Source of the DNA: Craspedostauros australis
Taxonomy: Eukaryota
NCBI GenBank assembly: GCA_030167865.1
Contig: JALAGF010001574.1
Coordinates: 1 to 40,622 of the forward strand
Direction of reading: 5' to 3'
Length of the DNA: 40,622 bases
The notes beneath the pieces are model-generated. The model was given only the letters and a program-made list of their open reading frames with translations, did not search any database and had not been told where the DNA came from. A program made the position numbers and the translations under genes. Positions 21,873-32,166 of this stretch are shown piece after piece. How positions within the stretch are numbered: position 1 is the first letter of the stretch; each line of letters opens with the position of its first letter.

Positions 21873-23129
21873 ATGGTATCTGCAGCGACCGTCCTTCTCG
21901 AATATGTCTGCCCGGCCTTCGGGATCACGCTGGGCAACATCATGTTCTCGGCAAGTTACAAGGACGTCGTCAAGGCCGTGGAACGCGGTCATCTGGGTGA
22001 CCTCAATCCGACGCCTTGGGCCTTCATGCTGGGGAACTGCGCCGGATGGCTGGGCTATTCCTTCATCATTCAGAATCTCTGGGTCTTTTGGGGCAATGCG
22101 CCGGGATTCCTGCTCAGCATCTGGCTCAACCTCAGCGCTGCCAAGTTGCAGTATCAAGAATCGAGGGCCAAGACGGTGCGCAGGTCCTTCGTGGATTACT
22201 TGGAACGATCGGAGCTGGAATCGAGGGCGATGACGACGTCCTTGATGGAGATGAACAACACAGGCAACCGCATTGGCAGCAACAATGACAACAACAACGA
22301 CAACAACAACAACATTGATACCGAACGGGGCGGCGCGTCTTCCAAGCATACTAGGATCAATGCTGCAGCCATGGAAGAAGGCAGCAGCGATCCGATTCAA
22401 ACCAAACCAACTGCAGACAGCAAAGGCAGCACAACCATCGCGATGACCAACAGCAACGACAATGCAACAACCAGCAACTTCGCAAAGATCGTTTGGGACG
22501 TTACGACGCAGAACATGCAAGTCCCTGCGCCGCATGAAAATGTGGTCCTTGGCATTAGCGTGGTCTGGCTCATCGTCTTCTCCATCGTGGCATTGTTCCA
22601 GCTCGACACCGACACCAGCGAATTGCTCGTTGGCGTCACGGTCAACCTCAATCTCGTCTTCTTCTACGGCGCGCCGCTGTCCACCATCCTGACGGTGCTG
22701 CGGACGCGCAACACGTCCTCCATTCATGTGCTCACCATGATCACCAACACTGCCAACGGTGCCTTCTGGTTCATGTACGGATTGGCCATCCTCAATCCCG
22801 TCATCTTCGTGCCCAACGGGGTGGGCGCGGGGTTGGGCGTCGTGCAGATCGTTCTGTGCGTCATGTTCCCGCGCAGCGGCGCCGTGGATGTTGTTGCAGA
22901 TGGTCACAACGACGACAACGATGCTTTGCAAGACAGCACGGCGAAAGATTCGGGCGATGGGAAGGCATTGCAGCGCGCTGTCGATGAGGAAGAAAGAAGC
23001 ACTGGCAAAGGCGACAGCGGTGACAATGGCGGGAGGGACAATCAGATTGTGGATATGGCCCCAATCGATGATGATGATGATGGTGCTCCTGCTGCTGCCG
23101 CCAATGATGATGATGAATTCGAAGCATGA
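21873..23129 (+). CDS. SWEET: SWEET (MtN3/saliva) sugar transporter with a long insertion between TM3 and TM4
   Basis: Two MtN3 repeats: GDLNPTPWAFMLGNCAGWLGYS...NAPG and FFYGAPLSTILTVLRTRNTSSI...NGAFWFMYGL...IFVPNGVGAGLGVVQ. Seven hydrophobic segments; acidic C-terminal tail. Confidence 0.93.
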   Translation: MVSAATVLLEYVCPAFGITLGNIMFSASYKDVVKAVERGHLGDLNPTPWAFMLGNCAGWLGYSFIIQNLWVFWGNAPGFLLSIWLNLSAAKLQYQESRAKTVRRSFVDYLERSELESRAMTTSLMEMNNTGNRIGSNNDNNNDNNNNIDTERGGASSKHTRINAAAMEEGSSDPIQTKPTADSKGSTTIAMTNSNDNATTSNFAKIVWDVTTQNMQVPAPHENVVLGISVVWLIVFSIVALFQLDTDTSELLVGVTVNLNLVFFYGAPLSTILTVLRTRNTSSIHVLTMITNTANGAFWFMYGLAILNPVIFVPNGVGAGLGVVQIVLCVMFPRSGAVDVVADGHNDDNDALQDSTAKDSGDGKALQRAVDEEERSTGKGDSGDNGGRDNQIVDMAPIDDDDDGAPAAAANDDDEFEA

Positions 23130-23393
23130 AGCACGATCGAGTACATCGGTGGAGAGGAATGGGACGCCCCCAATTTGTCTTCAAAACCCGCGTCTCGCTG
23201 CAGCTGTAATCGCCGGCCTGTGACAGTATCACATCCGTTGTGGCAGCATCGTTGCCCACACTGATATCTGCCCAGGCTGCTGCTGCTGCTGCTGCAGTCA
23301 AAATAGAAATAGAACAAAAATGCAACATGCAATATGTACCGGCAAGTACCCTGCAACGTCTCCCCGTGTATAGCGCGTTCTTCGTTGATTTGT

Positions 23394-23687
23394 TCAAAGG
23401 ATCTGAACTTCCCGCACCAGAACAGGTTCGGCCTCCACAGCTGTGGCTTCGACAACAGTGGCATCCACAAGGACTGCATCGTGCCGTTGTAAGGGCCGCA
23501 GCTGGAATTCGGCAATGACCGCCTCTATCTCATCCTGCGCCACCGCGATGGCCTGCGGCAGAGGCATCGGTGCGACCGAGCGTCGATTGTTGCGCGGCAG
23601 ACGCCATCGTCTGGGACGTGTCATCAGCTGTGCATCGTCGATGTCGCGATTGCGACGTCGGAAACACGACAGCCATGGCGAGTTCAT
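23394..23687 (-). CDS. Putative small orphan protein (97 aa)
   Basis: ATG at 23687, downstream of a minus-strand CA/CATC-rich leader (~23850-23950) like those preceding other genes here. Basic N-half, V/A/E-rich C-half. Confidence 0.45.
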   Translation of the reverse strand: MNSPWLSCFRRRNRDIDDAQLMTRPRRWRLPRNNRRSVAPMPLPQAIAVAQDEIEAVIAEFQLRPLQRHDAVLVDATVVEATAVEAEPVLVREVQIL

Positions 23688-24142
23688 GTCTGGCAGGCCA
23701 GGATGACCGCAAGGCTGGCGTCGCGCAAAAGCGGCGTGCGGGGAAACGAATTCCGGTCGCTGCAACACGCCTCGAGGTTTGGATGGTCTGTTTGTCGCCG
23801 ACACGACACTTCGTCGAACAACCAAGGGTCGATACAGAACCGCCGAAGGCCCGAAGAGGGTATGTGCGAGTCGATGGATGGATGGATGGATGAGTGCGTC
23901 GGCGAGCGCGCAAGCGAATGAGTGTGTGTGTGAATGAAGTGGAACCAAGGCAGAATCGAAAGGGCGGCAGTGTACGACTATCACACCACATCATGTCGTA
24001 TCGAATCTTGTTGTCGCTCTTGTCGCCTTGTCGATCCACACTTCCATCACCAGCTTCGTCGCAGATGGTCGCTGCGCGCGCAAGATCGTGAGAACATCGA
24101 CAGAAGTGTTTCTGCTCAGTGACCCCACCCACCGCAGCCATT

Positions 24143-24713
24143 TTGCCTGGTCCGTTCACGTCTCAATGATGCCGGACAAAGGATGGACCTCGGATTGACG
24201 ACTTGACAGTTCTTGACATCACTCGGTACTGAGTTATATGTGACTGGACTCGATGGATTCAACCGAACGTGGTTTCGGTTCGCCAGCGGTGTCGAACGTA
24301 TCACCGCTTTGGTTCCTGTTGCTGACGCACACGCGGTCATCTGCGATAAGCCAGAAGTCGGAAACCCATTCGACATGCGAGAGAACGCACAACCGAAACC
24401 GTGCGCCAAGCTGTAAGTGAAAGGTGACAGTGGGACACCTTGCCGACGCATTGCTGGATGAGTATTATCCCCGAGAACGCGAAGGCCTATTTGCAAACGA
24501 AGGTATTTAGTGAAATTTAAGCCGCCGGATAATTCATGCGACATGGATAAGACCGTTGAGGGTGTTCTTAGTGCGGGTTTGGGGGCACAAAATAGACTCC
24601 AAAAATTCTCGAATGGAACAGCACAATTAGGGCGAAGTGGTGGCGCTGTCCACAAGGCATTTCTTACGAGAACTGTTGGTGGCAATGGACGTGAACGGTG
24701 GTTCACTAGGCAA
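24143..24713 (-). ncRNA. Candidate structured non-coding RNA or structured repeat element, family unknown
   Basis: 11-bp perfect closing helix (24152-24162/24688-24698) plus a 6-bp outer helix (24143-24148/24708-24713), with at least 7 internal stems of 6-13 bp. Several G-U pairs and a UUCG loop work only on the minus strand. Confidence 0.4.
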
Positions 24714-25034
24714 CACAAATGCGCCCAAAAGGTACCAACAAGAGGTGCGCATCAAACCACTGCTGCAACAACAAACACGGTGCGATGTTGGTATCCATCA
24801 TCTTCTCCAATCGATGATCGGCCCCTTGGTAGTTGTCGCTCGTTGTCGTACGAGGTAGCGAGACCACATCTTCTACTCGACGCAAAGGCTTCATGGATGT
24901 TGAATGGCTGAACCTATTCTCTCTTGTCTCGCCATGGTCCGACATCAGCAAAGGCAAGGCAAAGGTTGTGGGTTGGCATTAACTTGTCATGGGTGAACAG
25001 GCCAGGAAGCATCTTCAGCAGCAACACCAACACC

Positions 25035-25061
25035 AACATGAATAATAACATGAATAATAAC
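25035..25061. repeat. Short 12-bp tandem duplication (AACATGAATAAT x2.2)
   Basis: Read directly from the sequence. Confidence 0.85.
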
Positions 25062-26695
25062 GATGGAGCTGAATGAAAGCACCTTGTTGGAGTCATTCGT
25101 ATTGACAACACCCAAGAGGCCATAGCATCGCCCACGTTTGACACACAAAATCACTATTGAGCATCTCGAGAAACAGGGCCCAGGAGCGAAGGAGGCGACG
25201 AACGGAGAAACAGTGGGCAGAGTTTTACATGACAAATGAAACCGTTTGTGGAATAGGATGTGTTAGCACGAGTAGAGTCCTCTACGATCTTTGTGTGAGT
25301 GTGCGTTTCATAGTCGTAGTGAAGAGCTGAAAAGTTGTTCACGGTAGTTTCTTGCTCAAAGGTCTGTTCGGGTTCGGACGCGAGGGACCATTTGAACACA
25401 GGAGCGCGAACCTCCTCCTCCACCAGACATGAGGGACAACGGTTGCTGTGCCATTGGCATCGTTCCTGTTTCTGTCATCGTGATTGTGCACACAGAAACA
25501 AACGAAAGACAGGCGAAGAGCGAACAATCACTGCCTCTCTTCTCTCGCAGTGTGATCGACACTGACACACAAATGCGCACACGCCAGCAAACACAAACAC
25601 AATTACAAACACAATTGAGAATACGCACTCTACACTCTGCACTCCAACCGCGAGATCGAGATTACTCCCATTTGGTCTGCCATTGGCGCACTCTCACAGT
25701 CATAGTCGCGCTCCGCAACCAACACAACAAAGAAGAAGTGAAGCCCGTGAACTCCGTTGCATAGCACCAAGGCGACGAACCCTTCTTTTTGGCATCAACT
25801 GCATCATCCGCCACAATAAACCAAATCTGCACAGAGAGTGAGACCTCTACAAACACCTGCACACAACCGCACCATTGCACCCACAAACGCCCCAGACTCC
25901 GCAACAGTCATCACATCGCATCGCATCGCAACACATCCATCAGAAGAGAGCAGAATACAGCATAGCCACTTCTGTGTCGCATTCGGCAAGCGCCCACTTG
26001 CGTCACGTCAACAACCAAAAAGGAGACGGGAAACTCAATCGAAGGCGAAACGCGCCCGTGGAAAGACCCTCCCAATTGCGCGCCACACAGCTTCGCCGCG
26101 GTCTTATCCTCATTCAGCAAGGAGTCGACAGTGGTGTGTGATCGTGGTGTATGTTGAGACATTGTTGTGTTGACAACCACATCGCAACAACTGACGCAAA
26201 CACGATACCCAAACAAGTCGGCGCACAAGAGAGGCATCAAGGAGACGCATCAGCGCCATCAACAGCACCAACAACGACAGTCTGTGAACAGCGAACTCCG
26301 GACAAACCAGGGGACAGTCCGCAACAGGCAACCGCAACCGCAACACCTTGTGTTGCAGCAAACGAAGCCACCTGTCGACTTTGAACCAACGCCGATCCCT
26401 CGAAGACCGCACAGGTACTATCTGCGTACCAGCAGAGAGAACAAAGAGGTAGACACACACACAGAGAGGGGCAGTCGTACGCACAACACTCCGCATGGTA
26501 GTGTGCTGACAACGGACTGCCATACTCTACGAGTGTACCGAACGGATACGCATACATAGTACTCATACGTGCAGTACTCATACTTGGCGACACCGCACCT
26601 TCATTGACGGTGGAAGAGGCAATCAGAGAGGCAGCAGCGGCAGGAGCAGCAGCGTCGAAGGCCACAATACAAGTACTCACTCGTACGCCAAAGAC

Positions 26696-28564
26696 ATGTC
26701 AACGCAATCCCTCAATCCAGCCACGACAAGGCCAGCAACGATGGCAGCCGCCGCGAGGTCCCCCATGACAACGACGGCAGCATCGACTTCGCCAGCTGTA
26801 GCAACAGCACCAACGAAGGACCTCGCTTCCAGCATCCAGATGGCCACTTGCGGGGAATGCAACGCCGCCATCCCAGCTTCTCAAATGGCAACGCACGTGT
26901 CGCAGTATTGTCAAGGACCACCGCGTCGCGTGTCCTCGGAAGCCGGCAGCCACGATGGTCTTCCGCAGGAGGATCAACGCGAGCTGGAACAGCACATCAT
27001 GGATGATCAATCCGCTGCATCGCCGCAGTCTGCCGAATCAATTGCGCACGTTAACACCAGGAACACCATTGGTGTTGCCACCGTCGAATACGATGACGAC
27101 TTTCCTGATGATAGAGCAATTGTGCCGGTTCCTGTGGGTTCCGTTGTCAGTGATGCACATGACGACGTTGATGGTCATGATAACAATGACGCTCAACAGC
27201 AGCAACAACAGCAGCAACAACAACAGTTTAGCCGTACTGCCCGCCCCTTGCATCCACGCGTCCGTCCACAGCCAAGCAACGCAGGGGCTTCTCAGGCATC
27301 CGTATTGTATCGCAGAAATGCATCGCAGCCTCAGGAATCCCTGAGCAGATCGCTGCCTCGAAGCAGCGACCCGCGTCGATCGCATCCCATGATCGGGCCA
27401 TTCGCGACAAACTGCTTGGAATTTCAGGAATGCGTGGAGACATCGGATTCCACCATGGGCGAATCGAGACATGCCGTCGTGCCTGAGCAGCACACCAACA
27501 CGCAGGAATGGTCATGTCCGCAATGCACGCTGCTCAATTCCATGCAGAATGCCATTTGCGAAGTATGCAACTACAACAACCAGGATATCGTCGTTAACAG
27601 CGCGTCGCAGTCCGCCAGAGTTGCGGAACTCACGTTGGACGCGGCGTGGCGTGTGGACTCGTCGATGAGCACGGAGAACGATGCCGCCACAGCGCGCGTT
27701 CTGCAATCCATCATGGACGAAGACAACGCCAGGCACATTACGTTAGATCGGCGATATTCGGAATACACGCCGCCGCAGCCGTCACCTTCGTCGCAGCGCC
27801 GCCATTCCACGACGGACATATCCTTCGCGCGATCGTCCGGCGCGATGGGCGTTGTGGCGTACCCGACACCTCTCGGATCCGATGACTTCGCCTCGTTCGT
27901 GGAAGACGAAGACATGAACACGGAGCCTCAGCCGTGGCAGCAACCCGAGGAGAACGGTCTCCGAGTCACGTCCAACAACAACCAAGAGCCGCAAACATAC
28001 CAGGACGGCGACGACAATGTCAACTCGCAACGTCGTCGGCGATTCCAACCGCGCTCTAGCTACCGCGTTGTGCAACGACGTAGCCACACGGGCGTCCCGA
28101 CAACGATCGTTTCCAGCGGCGATGCCTCCATGCCCACCCACATCGTCAATCCGCAAGGCCGTCACAGCGATCCCTTGCTCAGTCTCATGATCCATGACAC
28201 CTTGAATCGGAACGTCGACACGCGGCACCGCTTCACGAACCAAAACAACAATGTCGATACCAACAGCCCGTTCGAAGAATCCGACGGCTTCGCCTACGAG
28301 GAGATGCTGCTGGCCTACGCCAACATGTCGGAGCAGCTGGGGGCCAGCGAACGTGAAATTCGTCAGCTGCCCACGCAGACCCTCACGGATGTATGCACGC
28401 AGCTGCCGGAGGATGCGCGCGGCTGTCAGATCTGTCTCGAGGACTTTCAGAGCGGCGACCAGCGCAAGGCCTTACCGTGCCTGCACGGATTTCATGCCCA
28501 CTGCGTCGACAAGTGGTTGCGGTCCAATGCCTGCTGTCCCATGTGTAAATTTAGGATCAATTGA
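26696..28564 (+). CDS. RING-H2 E3 ligase with UBZ-like and RanBP2/NZF-type zinc fingers
   Basis: CGECNAAIPASQMATHVSQYC (C2HC); WSCPQCTLLNSMQNAICEVCN (RanBP2/NZF with TL); C-terminal CQICLEDF...LPCLHGFHAHCVDKWL...CPMCK. Confidence 0.92.
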   Translation: MSTQSLNPATTRPATMAAAARSPMTTTAASTSPAVATAPTKDLASSIQMATCGECNAAIPASQMATHVSQYCQGPPRRVSSEAGSHDGLPQEDQRELEQHIMDDQSAASPQSAESIAHVNTRNTIGVATVEYDDDFPDDRAIVPVPVGSVVSDAHDDVDGHDNNDAQQQQQQQQQQQFSRTARPLHPRVRPQPSNAGASQASVLYRRNASQPQESLSRSLPRSSDPRRSHPMIGPFATNCLEFQECVETSDSTMGESRHAVVPEQHTNTQEWSCPQCTLLNSMQNAICEVCNYNNQDIVVNSASQSARVAELTLDAAWRVDSSMSTENDAATARVLQSIMDEDNARHITLDRRYSEYTPPQPSPSSQRRHSTTDISFARSSGAMGVVAYPTPLGSDDFASFVEDEDMNTEPQPWQQPEENGLRVTSNNNQEPQTYQDGDDNVNSQRRRRFQPRSSYRVVQRRSHTGVPTTIVSSGDASMPTHIVNPQGRHSDPLLSLMIHDTLNRNVDTRHRFTNQNNNVDTNSPFEESDGFAYEEMLLAYANMSEQLGASEREIRQLPTQTLTDVCTQLPEDARGCQICLEDFQSGDQRKALPCLHGFHAHCVDKWLRSNACCPMCKFRIN

Positions 28565-28944
28565 TGACATTGCGTGGCGTTGAGTTGCGTACGAGTATCA
28601 TGATAAAGTAGTGTCGTTTTTGCATTTACACTTCATGGAATAGCATCCTGGAAAAGGTAGTTGTAGCCTGGCTCCATTATATAATACGCACTTGTGGGTT
28701 TTGGTTGGTGCGGAGTCGCGTCTGCTGCGAGTTCCGGCTCTACTTTACATCTAACGCCTGCGATGAGCGTCAACATTCCTATTACATGTTGCTTGCTTGG
28801 TTCGGTCCAACGAAGCGACCGAAGTTGGATGAGGCTGCAAGACTAATACTCGCTGGCATCGACGGCACCTTCGGAAGCCGCAAACGCTGTGTGCGTGCCT
28901 GTCCTTGTCCCATCTGACATGCCATATCCATCCCACACACATAT

Positions 28945-29576
28945 TCACGACCCCAACCGCCGGTACAACTGCCGCCGCAAGACCTGCGACCCGACCATGC
29001 TGGCCACCCAGACCCCGAGCAGGACACCGAGCGAGAGCTGCCACTGCTGTGCATCGCCGGTGGGTACGGCCGTCGTGTGACCGATCAACAGCAGGACAGT
29101 GATCGTTTGCACGCAATCCAAGGAGAACAATCCCGCCATGGAGATGACGTCGATCAGTTGCGATCGGCGCGTCGATGTGGAATGGATGAGGACTGCGAAG
29201 AGGAGGAAGAAGAAGGAGAGCAGACCGATGCCGACGGATAGTTTGGTGACGAAGACGCTGTCGTAGATCGTGGATATGTCGATGTTGCCGTGCTCGTCGC
29301 GTTCGGCCTGCAGGATCTTGGCATGGATTTCTTCGATGAGATGCTCGAGCATTTCGAGGAACCTGTCGATGAAGCGCTCCATGACGAGGAAGATGATGGA
29401 GAAGACGATCAAGGATTCCTTGTCCATGATGGGACGCGTCAATGCATGCAGGAATGATTTGGTGGAATCCAAGAAGGATGAGATGGTGTCATCCGCGAGT
29501 GTCACTGGGACAGAGAAGGAGAAGTGACATCGTCGCGGACCGCGATGGCGTTGTTCTTCCTGCTCTTCCTCTTGTG

Positions 29577-29622
<46 letters not shown>

Positions 29623-30216
29623 CTGCTGCTGCTGTTGCTGATGTGGTTGCTCCTGGTGATGTGCGTACCCATGATCAAGTTCAAGTTCAAGCTGCCGTGA
29701 GAGTTGTTCCTCCTCTGGTTCTTCTTCCAGCTCTTGATGCAGCTGCCGCGGTTGCTGAAGGTGGTCTCCATGTTGTTGCTCATGATCATACTCATACTCA
29801 TGTTCATGTTCATGTTCATGCTCCTCTTCCTGCGAATACGGATGTGGCTCTTCGCATGGTTCATTCTGTGACTGATATGATTGACAAGATTGGTGCGGGC
29901 TGTCCTCTGGTTGTTGCTCTTCGTCCTCTTCTTGCGATTGCGATTCTGATTGCTCATACACGCGGTCCTTCATCTGCTTTGTCTGGTCTTGCGGCTGCGT
30001 ATCATTGTACAGAGCATCCTGTCCGCCCGCTGAAGAACAGCTCTGCGACGATGGCATCTCATCATGATCCCTCATATCATCGTCTGATTGTACCGATGTC
30101 TGCTCCGATGCGTGTGCTGATGCAGTGATGATCGAAGATGCGGGTGATGTCAATGACGACCTCATGGACGATGGCATCGACATGATGGACGGTAGATGGG
30201 CATTGCGCAGGCTCAT
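28945..30216 (-). CDS. Membrane protein with a Q/E/H-rich disordered N-terminus and ~4 C-terminal TM segments
   Basis: Likely ATG at 30216 (423 aa). Poly-Q and HE repeats, then hydrophobic segments LIVFSIIFLVM, VGIGLLSFFFLLFAVLI, ITVLLLIG and LGVLLGVWVASMVG. Confidence 0.75.
29578..29640 (-). repeat. CAG/CAA trinucleotide repeat encoding Q21
   Basis: 21 consecutive CAG/CAA codons on the minus strand. Confidence 0.95.
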
Positions 30217-30869
30217 GGTGTCCTTAATGATCGGTTGAGTGGAGCATTGGTAGTCAGAAGCCAGTGATGCTGATGCTGATGCCAAGCCCGGCAAAGGAGA
30301 TGGACGTAAAGAAGACAATGCGATCCAATGCAATAACACTACTAAGTACGATATGATGTGATGTGAATTGCCACGATGCATTCGCAATCGCCAACAATGA
30401 GATTGCGACAACGCGACACAGAGGAACAGCACACAGTGATGCAGTAGTCACATGGAACAACAGCATCAGCGGAAAGCGGCGAGCGAACGAAACGGGTTCT
30501 ACCACGCCAACTGCGCCACCCAGAACAGAGACACCTGAATTTAACGTTTTCTTCAACGATGATATCCGTGACACCGTTTACCCGTGAATGGACCACATGG
30601 ATTCAACAAGCTCGAGGATTCGTCACAACGTCAGTCTCGCGACGATCCTTTCGCGATGAAATCCATCAACGGCACAAGAGTAGCGGCTGTGGCGCATCTG
30701 AACCCACAATGGAACGGCCGCACACATGACATCAACAATGGATCGGCACCTCGATCCTCGCACAACCCAATTTGATCATCAATCCATTAGTTGCACCATC
30801 CCAAAAGTGCAATCTACGATTCCAAAGAGCAATATTATAGTACGCACAAATAATATTCTACAATTCACC

Positions 30870-31598
30870 ATGCCGAGCCAAAGATCATCGGCACTCGCCG
30901 TGCTCCTGCTGAGCCTCGCCGGCAGCGACGTGACGGCCTTCCAGACCGCCCAACAGCACAGCCGCCCAACATCGGCGCTCTCCGCACAATCCAACGACCA
31001 AATCACGCGCAAGCAATGGATGACAACGGCATTTGGTCTCGTCACGGCCGCGACCACCATGCCGCAGGCCGCATTCAGCCAAACCTCCATCACCAAATGC
31101 AACACGGCGAGCAAGGCACCCTGCGTCTCGACGGCCAACGTCAAGAACCTCGAATTCTACCTCCCACCGTGGACCTACGGCGACGACGTCTCGGCCGACC
31201 AGGTCATGGCCAAGCTGAAGGCCGCCATCCTCGCGGCCGACACGACGGCCGACATCCAGCAGCAGGAAGGGTCGGCCTACCTCAGGGTGCAGAACAAGCG
31301 CAACGATCTGTTCCAGACCGTCGATGAGACGGAGTTCGCCATCAACGACGTCGACAAGGTCGTCACGTTCCGGGCCTCGACCATCAACAGCGAGAAGACG
31401 GATTTCGGCCTCAACAAGAAACGTCTCACGGAGATTCGAAAACGCGCGGGGATCTTTGGCATCATGGGCGAAGGCATGAATTCGGCGGATAGCGTGAGTC
31501 AGAATGCGCGCGGCAATGGACCGCTCGGGCAGCTCAAGGCGTTTTATGGTCTACAGAGCGGAGCGGGATTCGAAGATGTGGTGTTGGATAAATACTAG
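30870..31598 (+). CDS. Plastid-targeted (probably thylakoid-lumen) DUF1499-family protein
   Basis: ATG at 30870. Signal peptide ending VTA|FQ (ASAFAP-like), S/T-rich transit peptide, TRKQW + hydrophobic stretch + AFS. DUF1499-like PCVST...PPWTY...VDETEF...VTFRAS...DFGLNKKRL. Confidence 0.8.
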   Translation: MPSQRSSALAVLLLSLAGSDVTAFQTAQQHSRPTSALSAQSNDQITRKQWMTTAFGLVTAATTMPQAAFSQTSITKCNTASKAPCVSTANVKNLEFYLPPWTYGDDVSADQVMAKLKAAILAADTTADIQQQEGSAYLRVQNKRNDLFQTVDETEFAINDVDKVVTFRASTINSEKTDFGLNKKRLTEIRKRAGIFGIMGEGMNSADSVSQNARGNGPLGQLKAFYGLQSGAGFEDVVLDKY

Positions 31599-32166
31599 AG
31601 TATCTGTAGAACGCAGTGAAGCGAAGGAAAGCGAAAGACATGTGCTAGGTAGTATTGTCTCAGGCAAAGCCAGCCAAGTCGGGTATTGAACTCGACTCTT
31701 CCAGAGTCTTCGAGAGCGTTCCGGCAAACACTTCATCATGGTGCAATGAGGTATGCTCCAAGGTATCATGTCATCGGTCGTACTACGAGCTTGCAGCGCA
31801 GAAATAACCACACAAGGAGAGAGAGACGATGGAGACACCGCATGGATCGATGTACTATTCGTCACTCTAGTTTTGGGTAGATGTGTTCTGGTCGTCGTAC
31901 GATGACGTGTTGGTTGTTCCCTTGCCTTGTCAGCGTCGGTGTTTTGAAGAAATCGTGATTGCAGTCGCGGGCACGACTGCGTCACAACACATCATGGTTG
32001 TGCACAACGCGCGCAAAGATCCGTTGCCGACCAAACACACCAACGATCCATCGCTCCACAAAACAAAGTTGGCATCCGATTGCCAAGCCGAGCAGAGTGT
32101 TATACTCTTCTCCTTTACAAACGATTATATTACACTGATCACTCCCAAGACTACGCTAGCACCAAC

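Noticed and set aside
9342-23129. Two glycosyltransferases plus a SWEET as a polysaccharide gene cluster
   Set aside because: Interspersed with unrelated genes; these families are common enough to co-occur by chance.
24162-24233. Plus-strand C/D snoRNA (ATGATGC...CTGA)
   Set aside because: Imperfect C box, no terminal stem outside the boxes, and no rRNA-complementary guide that I recognise.
24620-24640. CCCTAA (minus strand) as a telomerase RNA template
   Set aside because: Only one exact repeat unit with no alignment extension, and it lies in a hairpin loop; a template needs more than one unit.
24116-24718. 200-aa minus-strand ORF over the structured element
   Set aside because: TTG start, atypical codon use (many TTA/CTA/ATA) and no domain; better explained as non-coding, though not excluded.
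2813-28564. Ubiquitin-pathway cluster (BTB, VBM protein, two RING ligases)
   Set aside because: Large families spread over 26 kb with no shared regulatory signal visible.
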